Assembly (NCBI GenBank): GCA_001643675.2
Contig: LSRY02000057.1
Coordinates: 62,001-126,000 of the forward strand
Direction of reading: 5' to 3'
DNA length: 64,000 bases
From: Monocercomonoides exilis PA203
Lineage: Eukaryota; Protista; Preaxostyla
Shown here: positions 39,097-50,470 of the stretch, one piece after another
How the letters are laid out: each line of letters begins with the position of its first letter
Numbering within the stretch: position 1 is the stretch's first letter
Translations under genes and position numbers: made by a program
The notes under the pieces: model-generated
What the model was told of the DNA's origin: nothing
The model's database searches: none
The model's input: only the letters and a program-made list of their open reading frames with translations

Positions 39097-39948
39097 GTTT
39101 GCCTAACCCCTCAATAAATGATCTTTTCCTTTTATAAGATTATTTTTCCAATTTTCATAATTTTTCCGATGGCTAAGATCCTCTTTTGATGGGAAATATT
39201 CATGAAAATTTAACTTTTTTTGAATACCAATGTGGCAATTTTACCTTTTGAAGAAATAAAAAGGATTGATTGTATTTTTTGTTTTGCAACAAAAAAAATA
39301 TTATCTGCATGAAAATTTACCAAGATATATTCGCACTGTGTAGAATCAAGTGAAGAACAAAATGAAAAAATGAAACGAAGCTTGATCTAATTGAAATTTT
39401 TTCTAATTTTAGAGAATTAATTATTTATGAATAATTCAACATTTCATTTTCAATCAAAATATGATATTTTGAAAGTGATATAATTATATTTTTCAAAAAG
39501 AATTTCAAAAAAGTTATAAACATCATTTCACTTCTCGAAAATTGCAATAGTTTTTTCTTATGTAAAGAAAAACACTTTAACAGAAAATATTCTCTTTCTC
39601 TAAACTTTCAGATAAAAATTGGTAAAACAATTAGCATTCATTCCGCATTTCACCATTAAAATAAACATCAAATCATTTTTGATGATAAGTCACAAGCTAT
39701 TTCCAATGAAATAAAGTTAATAAAGCATTTGTTACAGAAAAATTTAACCGAATCATAAATTGTCCATTCTTTTTTTTCAAAACATTAAATAAAATGCCTT
39801 TTATGTCAATGTAAATAAACTGAAAAATCGCTCGATACAAGAAAAGACATGGATAAATAAATCCATTTTTTTTAAAAATGTTAAAACTAAAAAAATTGAA
39901 AGAAATCAACAGCAAGTGAAGGAAATGAGCATCAACAATGTCCCAGTT

Positions 39949-42547
39949 CTAAAATCTGACTTCGTAATTACCAGAGAGTGTGAGTGTTTTGAGCCCCTTG
40001 TACATCTTGTACGTGGTGTCAGGAGAAAGATCGAGCTTTGTGAGCTTCAGCGACGATGCTGTGAAGTTGGGTATTTTGAAGTGGAGGCAAGCGATCGGTC
40101 TCTCTTCGCAGATGGTGTCCTTGTCTTCGAAGTCCATCGTGCCCTGGATGGTTATCTCGCCTGTCAGTGGGAGACGGTTCACTACCCATCTGCCCAACTG
40201 TCATGCGGGAAAAAGAGGAAAATAAATATGTCATGTTTGAATTGATAAATACACATTTGAATATTTATAGTAATAAAAGAAGAAAGATTAAATAAAAAAG
40301 ATAAGAATATGGCAAATTCATACGTGTGTGGAAACATCATAAGTGAATCCTCCAACAGAACACGATGCTCCACAAGATTTGATGCAGCGTGGCATTTTGA
40401 AGTCGATGTAGCAGTCTTCCACAGGAAGAGAGCGAGTGTTGCGCGCAGCAACCTGTCAGATGCAGAATATGAGTGACAGAGATAGATAGAGAAAGAGAAA
40501 GAGAAAGAGAAAGAGAAAGAGAAAGAGAAAGAGAAAGAGAAAGAGAAAGAGAAAGAGAAAGAGAAAGAGAAAGAGAAAGAGAAAGAGAAAGAGAAAGAGA
40601 AAGAGAAAGAGAAAGAGAAAGAGAAAGAGAAAGAGAAAGAGAAAGAGAAAGAGAAAGAGAAAGAGAAAGAGAAAGAGAAAGAGAATAAGAAATTATTAAA
40701 TTGTTAAAGTATTTATTTAAGAGGAAGAAAAATAAAAGAAAGGACATTCAATAAAATCCAAAAAAAAAAAAAACAGTGATTAACACAATAAAATGAAAAT
40801 CTCTATACATTTATTTCTCTCTCATTTCATTTCTCTCCATTCAAAAAGCACATTTCATATACAAAATTGAACACAAACCCCCAAAAAGAACCGCGCAGAG
40901 CCTGTTTGGACAAGAAACTCAGGTCGAACAGAAATTGGCGGTGGAACAGCAGCTGATGTGGCTCTATTGAAAAACAAATAATCATAATAATTAATAACAT
41001 TCAAATTGAAGTACAAAATATAAATAAATATTATTGATTTTTTCAGTTGGATAAATAAAAATAAAATATCAACGAAGAAGTTATCAAAACAATAAATGTG
41101 AATAATCTCCCAATTTTCCTAACAAAGAAGCACATCTCAAACAAAAAGTGGCTCAAATGATGAAAATGCTTTTGCAAGCAGTTTGCCCAGCAATGTCGAA
41201 TGCAGACATCACAATGAGGTTTCATATCGTTTTCAAATAGCCTCAATTTATTTCCATTTCTTTGATATTCTTTCTTTCTCTCTCTCTTTCTCTTTCTTTC
41301 TCTTTCTTTACAAATTTCATTCTCCTCACATAAGCATCATACCCAGCTCTGTATCTCAGCAGCGTAAACATCCCGTCAGGCGGTACAAAGGAGACCACCT
41401 TCGACTGGTTCCAGCGGAAGTACCTGACACACGGGTGCAGCGACACATCGTCCATAATCGAAGGGTTTTCGAACTGCATCGTCAGATCAGGAACTCCGCT
41501 GAGCTTCGCTGTGCATTGGATCTCTCCGCTGATGTGACTGTTTTGTATAACACCCTCGCTGATTAATTATCGGCAAATTAAACATTAGTTGTAAGGGATT
41601 GTGCAGTGTTGTTATAGAAGAATATGCAACGCGTAAATGCAAATAATTCAAAAATATACAAAAGCATGAATAATACAAATAAACATTGTGAAATTCGAAA
41701 AAAAAAAGGAAATATTGGAAGTTTTAATCATGTTTTAAAGATCGCAAGAAAAGAAGCAAACGATCCAAATGATGCATTGAATGTTTCATTAATATCAATA
41801 AAGACTTCATTTTGAACATAAACAACTTTTGATTTTCTCCAATACATTGGTGAAGACATGGAATCTGGTAGTTTCGGATTAGACTGTTAAAACGCATTTA
41901 AAAGAATATATATTATAGAATAATTTGCATTTTTTTTCTTTGAAAAGCAAAAACAAACAATTACAGTTCCTGCTGAATAACCAGTAAATCCAGGAGTCTC
42001 GAGCATTTCCTTTATCAAATTAGGTTCTGTAATATTTGGATATCCTCCATCAATTAACTCTTCCATTAACTGTTTAATGAAAAGTACAATATTAATAATT
42101 GTAAGGCTTTAAATGACAAACCATAAATAGATAGATAAAATTCTGTCTCACTTTTTGATCAACAGCTTTCTCTCCAAAGAAATCGCATAAAACACGATCG
42201 ACGTGTTCAAGAAACTTTGAGAATAAAAGTGCTGGGGCTTCAGTTTTTGTTGCAATCATATAAACCAAATTGTGTTGTTGATAATAAAATAAGAAGCAAT
42301 CATGTTGCTCCGAGTATATCATTGGCTTCATTGGAACTTTTTCGTCAGTTTTCGTAACTGTCAAAAAGAAATCATCACAAAGCGAGCGAGGGTAAGCTTC
42401 GCCGTATGATCTTTCAAATATCAAATCACTGGATCAAAATTCAGTATGAAAAAGAAATTAAAATGCACGAATTTTAACATGTATTGAAGATAAATTTTAT
42501 AAATGCTCCAACCCTTGCCCTGAGCAAATGTAAAAACTGTCAATCAT
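39949..42547 (-). CDS. AP3M: Adaptor protein complex mu subunit, most like AP-3 mu; multi-exon
   Basis: MIDSFYICSGQG|DLIFERSY...LCDDFF; MEELIDGGYPNITEPNLIKEML; MDDVSLHPCVRYFRWNQSKVVSFVPPDGMFTLLRYR; YKGLKTLTLSGNYEVRF. Confidence 0.85.
40489..40685. repeat. Perfect (GAGAAA)~32 microsatellite in an AP3M intron
   Basis: Read directly from the sequence. Confidence 0.97.
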
Positions 42548-42574
42548 TTATATGATCGTAAACCCTAAACAATT

Positions 42575-44431
42575 ATGTCTTGTGATCTGTACCATCAATT
42601 TGAAATGATATCATTCACAAAAGTTTCAAAAGAGTATTCCATTGTTAAAAGAGGTCATTCGTTTATCTCTTTTTTATTTAATTTATAGTGTGCCACCTGC
42701 AATGCTTGGGAAGCCTCAATATCGCATGGCTTTACCAGATCTCCCTGCACAACCAATTTTTTTAGAAACCGAAACAAATGTCGATGATTTTGTGACATAT
42801 CAATTTACTTCAATGGAAAAGGCTGCAAAATATCCTTTATTAACTGAGCCAGATCTTGGAGTTCCAATTGACCTTGTATCACACATAGCAAAAGTCAGTA
42901 TGAAATCATTCATATTTTCATTAAATGTGTATATACTGGAATTTTTTAAATTTGTAAAGCTATTTTCCATGGTAATGACGCTAATCAAAAAGATCAAAAT
43001 ACTCTTTCTCCTGAAGATGAAGATCTTCTTCCAGATGATGATGATATAATGGCTATTCAACCTGCAGCTGCCAGGAACAGAAGTTTGGGTCATGTCCCTT
43101 GGATGAGAAAGGGACTTCTTATTTCAGATGAGCCAATGGATGGCGTCAAGCGACATTCCGTTTCGTTAAAACCGTATGATAATCTTTTTACTTTTGATGA
43201 ATTATGAAACATTTTCTATTTTTTTTTCAGTCATCAAGCAAACGAACCACCTCCGTTTGAAGAAATGTATTCTTCAGTCGATAAAACATTTAAGCCATTA
43301 AATTTTGATACTCGTTCTTTCCGTCATCCGTCAAAGAAGCATTTAAGAGTGAAAGATTGCTCACCTCTTCTTCCAGCAGCAGATCAATGGGTCAATTTGT
43401 TTGTCTCCTTGTTTCTTATTTTTGCTGAATTTTGACTTATTTTCCTCAATTATATATGAACGAATTTGTTATATTTTGTGCCATCTGATAATACTTTGAA
43501 ACATTCAGATATTGGCATGTCTCGTTTCCAAACGATCCAAAGCTTCCTACAGATGTTCGACTGGAGCAATCCATTCTCCAAAAACAAGAAGATACAACAA
43601 GCATATATTTACCAACGCCAGCTCACGAAATTGTTTGTTTTTTGTGCTAAATAATGAGAAATGTGAAATGAAAATTTCGTTTAAAAATTTTAACACGCAA
43701 TTTTCTTTGCAGGAAGAATACAACGACATTTCAGATCCAACTTCAGGAGAGCACGAAACTGAAAAGGGCGATTTGTCGCTTCGCACAGAGCTGATGGAGG
43801 AAGATGACTACGAAAGTGCCTCCGTGTATGCAAATGATAGAGAATATTTCCGTGAATATGAATGGAAAAATGATTACTCTTGTGAAGCTGAAACGTATGG
43901 CGCATTTAATTGATTTAATTCACTCTTTATTGACTTTTTTATTCATATATTCAAATTCTTTTGATAAGCTTGACGCCTTCTCTTTATACGATGTCAGACT
44001 CCTTTGCTCTGATGCGAGATACACATGGAAGAACACTCTACGTGGAAATTGCAGGAAAATTAAACGTGTGGATGAAAGATAAATCAAATGAGAAAGAGCC
44101 AGATTCTGAAGAAAGAGAATCCAAAGAGAAAAAGAAACAAGAGATGCCTCTTTATGTTTATTTCCGTCTTCCTGATGAATCTGAAATGAACGCTCACGAG
44201 GAAAGAAGTAATATCATTGATGATCCAAACATTGTGCTCGATGAAATTCAGCTTGTAGAAGCAGACCAACTTTTGCAACAAAATCGAACCACAGCATGGA
44301 AGCCTCAATCATTTATTCATAGGCTATCAAAATTTGTTGATCCATCTGAACTTACAAAAGAAGATGCATATGAGGAGCAATCAGATATGCAGGACATAAA
44401 CTCAGCTTCAACAAAAGCAGAACCTTATTAA
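42575..44431 (+). CDS. PAF1: RNA polymerase II-associated factor 1 (Paf1); multi-exon, start at 42575 or 42605
   Basis: YRMALPDLP..P.F...YQFTSMEK...LLTEPDLGVPIDL, LSPEDEDLL, VPWMRK, HPSKK.L.V....LLP...QW match Paf1 motifs; GT-AG introns restore the frame. Confidence 0.85.
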
Positions 44432-44500
44432 TTTTAAATTTTTTATTTCATTCTTTTTTTAAAAAAAAAAACTAAAATAAATTTCTTTGAAAGAAAAAAT

Positions 44501-44573
44501 TGGAGATGCCGGGCTTTGATCCCAGTGCCTCTCGCATGCTAAGCGAACGATCTACCAATTGATCTACATCCCC
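44501..44573 (-). tRNA. tRNA-Ala (anticodon AGC)
   Basis: GGGGATG-TA-GATC..GATC-G-TTCGC-TTAGCAT-GCGAG-AGGCA-CTGGG-ATCAAAG-CCCGG-CATCTCC-A folds into a cloverleaf with the G3:U70 Ala determinant; a T-run follows downstream. Confidence 0.93.
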
Positions 44574-44842
44574 AGTTGAGAAAACAACCTTTTTCATTCA
44601 AATTTATCAGATCTTATGTTTTCATTATCAAATTAGTTTAATATGAAGAATTTGATGAAAATAAAAAACATTGAAGAATCATTTTTAGCGTATTTATTTT
44701 TTAACTGAATTTTTTTTATGATACGCTGGCTGTGAAGATATTTGAAAAGCTGATTTTTATCTTCTTTATTAACCGTATGGGATAGACAAGGCAAAATTAT
44801 TCATGAGAAAAAAAAAGATTTCACATTTTTTTTATTATGAAC

Positions 44843-45056
44843 ATATCACTGATCCTTTTTGAAATCATTCTTTCGTTCGAGTTTTGATCAAAATTTTTAT
44901 CTCAATGGGATTCTGAAAAGAATTTTTATTTTCAAAAAACATCATCATGTGTAATATGAATCAACCGTTGTTGTTCATTTTTTCATAATCCCATCTAGAA
45001 CAAAATTTTGATGAAAACTCGAACGAAAGTGTGATTTCGAAAATGATTAGCCATAT
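44843..45056. mobile_element. MITE-like element, family B (~215 bp, ~75-bp TIRs)
   Basis: GAAATCATTCTTTCGTTCGAGTTTTGATCAAAATTTT..ATGGGATT vs AATCCCAT..AAAATTTTGATGAAAACTCGAACGAAAGTGTGATTTC; ATAT at both ends. Confidence 0.7.
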
Positions 45057-45220
45057 CATGATAACAATATTCTTTTCATTTTTTAACAACAAGAATAAAA
45101 GTGATAATAATATTGAATGCATAAATAGATTTATTGATAAATTTACAAATCTTTTTCATGCATTTCTGAATTTTCACTGACTCCAAAGAAAGAAATAAAA
45201 ATTTCGCTTTCCCTTTTGGC

Positions 45221-45400
45221 ATTTTGGAGGAAATATTTTTTTAATAAAATTTGTTCCACACAATGCTTTCAAAAAAAATTTTTTTATAATATTCCTGTTT
45301 TTATTTTGAACGAGGATGTCAGAATTGTTATGACACTGTGGCAGAAAAAGTTATGAACAAATCATTGTTTTTTTATTGAAGCAAGAATTCTGATCCATTT
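45221..45400. mobile_element. MITE-like element, family C, diverged
   Basis: Shares TTTGTTCCACACAATGCTT and GAACAAATCAT..GCAAGAATTCTG with 25797-25982. Confidence 0.55.
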
Positions 45401-45593
45401 GATCATTTTTTGTTGTTCATGAAATGTTAACAAAATTCAAATTATATTAAATAAAGTTGGGCACAAGGTTCCTTTATGGAGACCTATAAACTTTTCATTT
45501 CATTTTATAAAAAGGATTTGCGTTTTAAGTTGACATTTATCAGCACTCTTTAATGTTGATGAGAGGTCTAATTTTATAATTGAACATTTTTTT

Positions 45594-45986
45594 GGGTTTT
45601 CGATCTCTTGAACAACTACAGATATCACACAAATTACCGGACAAGATCAAATTCACAATAACTGCGAGAGGAATAATTCTGACAATTTTCCTCAAAATAT
45701 ATCTCATCAATAAAAACCCATTTGATATTCAAATCTTTCAAAACAGCTTCATTTATGCTCAGAAAAAAAATCATTATTTAATTCCCGGAGAAAAAGGATT
45801 TTGAGTTTCTCCGAGGTTTTATCAATAATTTTTTTCTGAGCACAAATGAAGCTGTTTTGAAAGATATGAATATCAAATGGGTTTTTATTAATGAGATATA
45901 TTTCGAGGAAAATTGTCAGAATTATTTCTCTCACAGTTATTGTGAAATCGATCTAATCCGATATTTGATGCGATATCGAGATCCCC
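45594..45986. repeat. Long foldback/palindrome (arms ~45621-45793 and ~45806-45977, 12-nt loop)
   Basis: Arms are near-exact reverse complements; the ORF track gives near-identical peptides on opposite strands (45580+ and 45749-). Confidence 0.9.
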
Positions 45987-46360
45987 TTATTGATATTTTT
46001 GAAAAAATATTTCGACAAGTTGTTTTAATAACAATAAAAGGACAATTTCAGGTTTTTTTAATTTGCGCATAAGCGCTATTTGCAGTTGAAATGGTAGATA
46101 ATAACTCAATTATGGCATTGACATGAGATTTAATTTAAAAGACTCATGAAAGTTATGATGAGAATAAAAAATTGCTCAGTGATTTTTAATTTTGATCAAT
46201 ATGTTATTATTTTCCTCACACACATTTATCATATCCTGACATTGCTTTTCTATCTATCTTTCTTTTATTTTCTCTTAGACCACAAATTATTTGGAAGAAT
46301 GGAAAATATTTCTTTTGAAAAAAATTTTTTTTGATTGCCAATTAAAAAAATTTAAAACAC

Positions 46361-46621
46361 AATGTGTTTTTATTTTTGAAATCATAACTTTTTTCGTGGT
46401 GTTTATTTTTCAAAGGCAATTTGTCATTAAGAAGAGATCTTGTATTCAAATTGTTTATTTATCACAACTGATTTTTTATCAACTGCTTTTGAAAAAATAA
46501 AGATGGAAATGTCTTAAACAAACTTATTCATTTTTCAATGTTCTTTTGTAGAAATTCTTGGGATATTTTTGAACCGAAAATTAGGAATGAAAAATATGAT
46601 TCAAAGAATTATCACCCACAT
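46361..46621. mobile_element. MITE-like element, family A, diverged
   Basis: TTTTGAAATCATAACTTTTTTCG...GAACCGAAAA...ATGATTCAAAGAATTATCACCCA; colinear with 23844-24105. Confidence 0.65.
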
Positions 46622-47279
46622 ATTTTGAACAAAAATTTGTACTAGTTTAGCAAAATAATAAAGCAAGGGAAATCAATCCATGACAAAGTTATTATTTCTT
46701 CATTTTTCAACTCCAATAGACTCAGTGTGTTGATTTTGCAATTTGAACAATATTATTGTTTTTTTGCATAAATTGAAAAAAAAATGAAAAGTGTTTTTTC
46801 AAAAAAATTGACTTTAGCTTTGCATAGAATAAAATAAATCCAACTTAAAATTTCTTGATGCATTAAAAACATAAAAGAGTACGAATGAAGAGAAGAAACG
46901 CGATGAAAATGATAAAGAAACCATGGAAAAAATGATACAATTGAGTTAGTGAAACAAAGGAAAAATAAAATAAAATCGAAGAATAAGGTTTTAAATGATG
47001 TAAATTCTGACTTAAATATACCTTTCTTTCCCGAGAAATTATGTAATGATTCGTTAACTGTGTTTAAAAAAATAAATTCTTGGTTTGGGGAAATGAGTGC
47101 AATGCTCAAAAACGAATGAATTGGGGAAAAAAAATAAAGGAAAAAAAGAACGAGAAGTTCAGCAATAAACAGAATAACAAAAATATTAAAACCAAAAAAT
47201 CAAAAATTGATCCTTTAACTATAAAATGGTTCTTCCAGATAAAGCAAATTTCATATCCTTCTCCCTCCTCTTTTCAAAT

Positions 47280-48290
47280 ACCTTTCTTTTCCTCTCTTTT
47301 CGTCTCGCTTTCTCTTTTTCATTTTCCGTCTTTCCTTTTAATTTTTCACAAAAAAAATTGAAAATCTTCCAACTATGATCAATTGATGAATCCAATGTTC
47401 CTGATTGGTCAATTTTTTCTTATGAAATATTAACGGCTCTCAGTTCCAACAAGTTATTAACTTTCACATTTTCTTTTTCCGTTTCTACTCTTAAGAACAA
47501 AATACACAAGTTGCAAAAGCCACAATAATTATCCTTCACTGCTCAAAACACCTGGACAATGCTGTTGATTTAACGAGTGCATTCATCTTCCTTGTATTCA
47601 TGATACAAATATTGAATTCAATGTTTGGTATCATCAAATCAAATGAAGCACTTCTTTCATTTCTCTTCTCTTTCCTCTTCTTTTCCTCTCTCCCAGTCCA
47701 CATTCATTAAAAGTTCTTCTAGTTCTTTTTCCATCTCTCTGCAAAATGTATCTCATTCACAACAACTTCAAAACCTTTACCATTGTCCAATCGGTTAATC
47801 AAGAACTAACAATCAGATTGATTAGCCAGCCGCGTAAGGTTGTGAAATTTCTAATGATTTTGAATAATATCTTAATTTCATTCAAATGCGATATTTTTTT
47901 TTCAGCACACCGTTTGAAAGCTAGAAATACATCAATAAATGGAGCAAAAGAAATTCAACAAACAAGCAAACAAACAAAAAATCATCCCAATTCTCCAAAT
48001 GCTTCTCAAAGCCATCGAAGCCATTTCCACAATAATTTTTATGTATTTTTTCGTAATCATCTTTCTTCTTCAAAATCTTCAGCAGCTTCTTCATCTTTTT
48101 CAAATTTCTTGAAAAAATATTTGAAATTGTGTTACTCATGAATATCGCAGCTCCTTTAAATTTCAGTTTGAATGAGCAATATTTCATATTCAATCGCAAT
48201 CACTATGTAAAAATTTCACTGATTAAAAAAAAACCTTCATCATGCTCACGGATAATTTTATTTAGCTTCTTTCCCAATTCATCAAAATTC
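47280..48290 (-). pseudogene. Heavily decayed copy of helical Lys/Glu-rich gene family (boundaries approximate)
   Basis: Frame-broken remnants HLNEIK..., HNLTRLANQS, VVNEIHF, LEELLMNVDWER, EMALMAL match the copies at 48693 and 51807. Confidence 0.55.
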
Positions 48291-48692
48291 AAAATAAAAA
48301 TAATGATTTTGGTCACACCTTTCATTTATCTACTTCGTGAATCTCCAAAAATATCGCTTTTGTTTACAAAACCCAAAACATATAATTTTTTTGGTATGAT
48401 CAATAATTTTTCAGTTTTTTATAAATTACATTTTGTCATGAAAGTTGAATAAGTTCGGAATATGGAGCAGATTTTCGATTTTTCAAAAGTCTCGTTCCAT
48501 ATTTCAGAATCTGATCTTGAGTTCCGAAATTAAAGAGTTTTCTGAAAAAACGAATATTATCGTTTAAAATTCGTTTTTTAAATTGCAGAGTTTTTTCAAC
48601 AATTTTTTCAAAAAAAAAAAATGCTTATATCAAATTTATCATTGAATAAAGATAAAACTTTTAAGAATAGAGCAGAACAAATTGAAAGAAAA

Positions 48693-50125
48693 ATGGATAT
48701 TGCTGATGTAGATAATGCGGAGAATGAATTGCAAAAGTTGTCTCCAACTGATTATTTTTTGTGTTTGTGCATTACAAATAACTTTATATTACACAGTTCA
48801 TTCTTTTTTCAACCTTGAAGAATTGTTTTCTGAACTGGAAGGATGTGAAGAGGATGAACAAAAACAGAAAATCTTTGAAATGAATGGACTTATGGACAAA
48901 ATGAATGAAAAAGAATTACAATCAGCTTTTACGGTTAGGCTGTTCAACAAAATACTCAAAATGATTAAAGAAAAGAAAATGCCAATGGAAAATGCACTCG
49001 TCTTGCTGAAGCACATGGGATATTGCACATTCTGAAGAATTTATGGAGTCTGAATTTTAAACAATCTTCATTGAGGGATAGATTCGAGAAGATGATTTTT
49101 AATCAAAATGAGAAAAATGAAGAGAAAAATGAAAAACTGCAAACTGGTTTCTGTGAATGCTGTATTTCTCTTGGCTTTGACTTTCCACTTGAATTACTTT
49201 CAATTTGTGTGCCTTGTCTTCTGAAAGTTGCATTGAAGAAAGAGGAAAACGAGGAGGCTCAGAAAGAAGCGGAAATGGCATTATTGGCTTTGGGCACTAT
49301 TGGATTTTGGGTTTGAGTACATTTTTACTGTTTTGATATTGTTGAATTGTTTTTTCTTCCTTTTTTGCATAGGAAATTGAACAAAAATTGTATTTGAATG
49401 ACATGAGAGAATTCATCAAATATCATCAGGAACATCGCAACCTAACACAACTTGCCTATCAATCTGCTTGGCAATTTTTTGTAAACAGATTACTCAACGA
49501 TAAAAGTAAGGAAATGGTAATCGCGAACGAGCTATGTTTATCAGAGAGTCAAGAAGAGAATTGGAAGAATTATTGAAATATGTGGATTGGAAGAGAAAAG
49601 AAGAGGAAAAGAAAGAAGACAAAGAAGAGTTTATTTTATTGAGATGGCTGAAAACACTGGACAAATTTTTTAAATGGTGTCATTTGCATAATGAAGAATT
49701 TGCTGGTCTTTTTAGCAGCCTAATGGACATGTTTGGAGCTGCAAAAGATAATCACAGATATATCAGCTATTTGTGTATTTGTATCTTTCGAAGTGCTTCG
49801 ATAAAAAAATGCTGTGAAGCTTGATGACTTGTTGAAAAGTGGAACTGTTGGTGTTTTTGAAGAACTTCAGCAAGCAACATTAAGAGACGACAGCTCATAT
49901 GATTGTTTTGTTTTCTTTTTAAAAATTTTCAGTAAAGTGAAAGAAGAAAAGGAGAATGAAAATGGCGAGATAAAACGAAAAGAGCTGAAAAGGAAGGCAT
50001 TTGAAAAGATGGAAGAAGAAGGATTCGATGATTGCATCGTTAAGATGCGCTTTTCTTTGTTTGAAGAAGAAAGGTATTTTGGCTTTCTTAACAAAAATGT
50101 GGAGAGTTATTATATGCTCATGTAA
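48693..50125 (+). pseudogene. Helical Lys/Glu-rich family member, frameshifted
   Basis: Consecutive ORFs in different frames: LEELFSELE, ICVPCLLKVALKKEENEEAQKEAEMALLAL, LYLNDMREFIKYHQEHRNLTQLAYQSAW, VDWKRKEEE, FEKMEEEG. Confidence 0.7.
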
Positions 50126-50362
50126 TGAAGGCATTTGGCTTGATTTTTTTTTATTAGTCCGTATGTTGCATAGCCATCGAAGAAAGACAGAAAACAGATG
50201 ACAGAAAATGAGCAAGCGAAAAGGATTATGAGAAAAAAAAGAGATTATCTTCTATTCAAAATAGATAGCACCATCTGTCTTTGAGGCATATTCATAAAAT
50301 TTTATTCGAAATTCACTTCATTCAATTTTCTTGTAATTGCTTTCCATTTCGATATTTTCTTT

Positions 50363-50470
50363 TTCACCTCCTTCACCTCCTTCACCTCCTTCACCTCCTT
50401 CACCTCCTTCACCTCCTTCACCTCCTTCACCTCCTTCACCTCCTTCACCTCCTTCACTTCCTTCACCTTT
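50363..50470. repeat. (TTCACCTCC)~11 9-mer tandem repeat followed by (TCA)n/(TTC)n/(TCC)n
   Basis: Read directly from the sequence. Confidence 0.95.

Noticed and set aside
40337-40747. (SL)n and (ER)n ORFs
   Set aside because: Translations of the intronic hexamer microsatellite.
41100-41250. Possible box C/D snoRNA in an AP3M intron (ATGATGA at ~41158)
   Set aside because: The C-box is antisense to the host gene and there is no CTGA D-box or convincing terminal stem.
50363-50470. CRISPR-like array
   Set aside because: Tandem 9-mer without spacers, in eukaryotic context.
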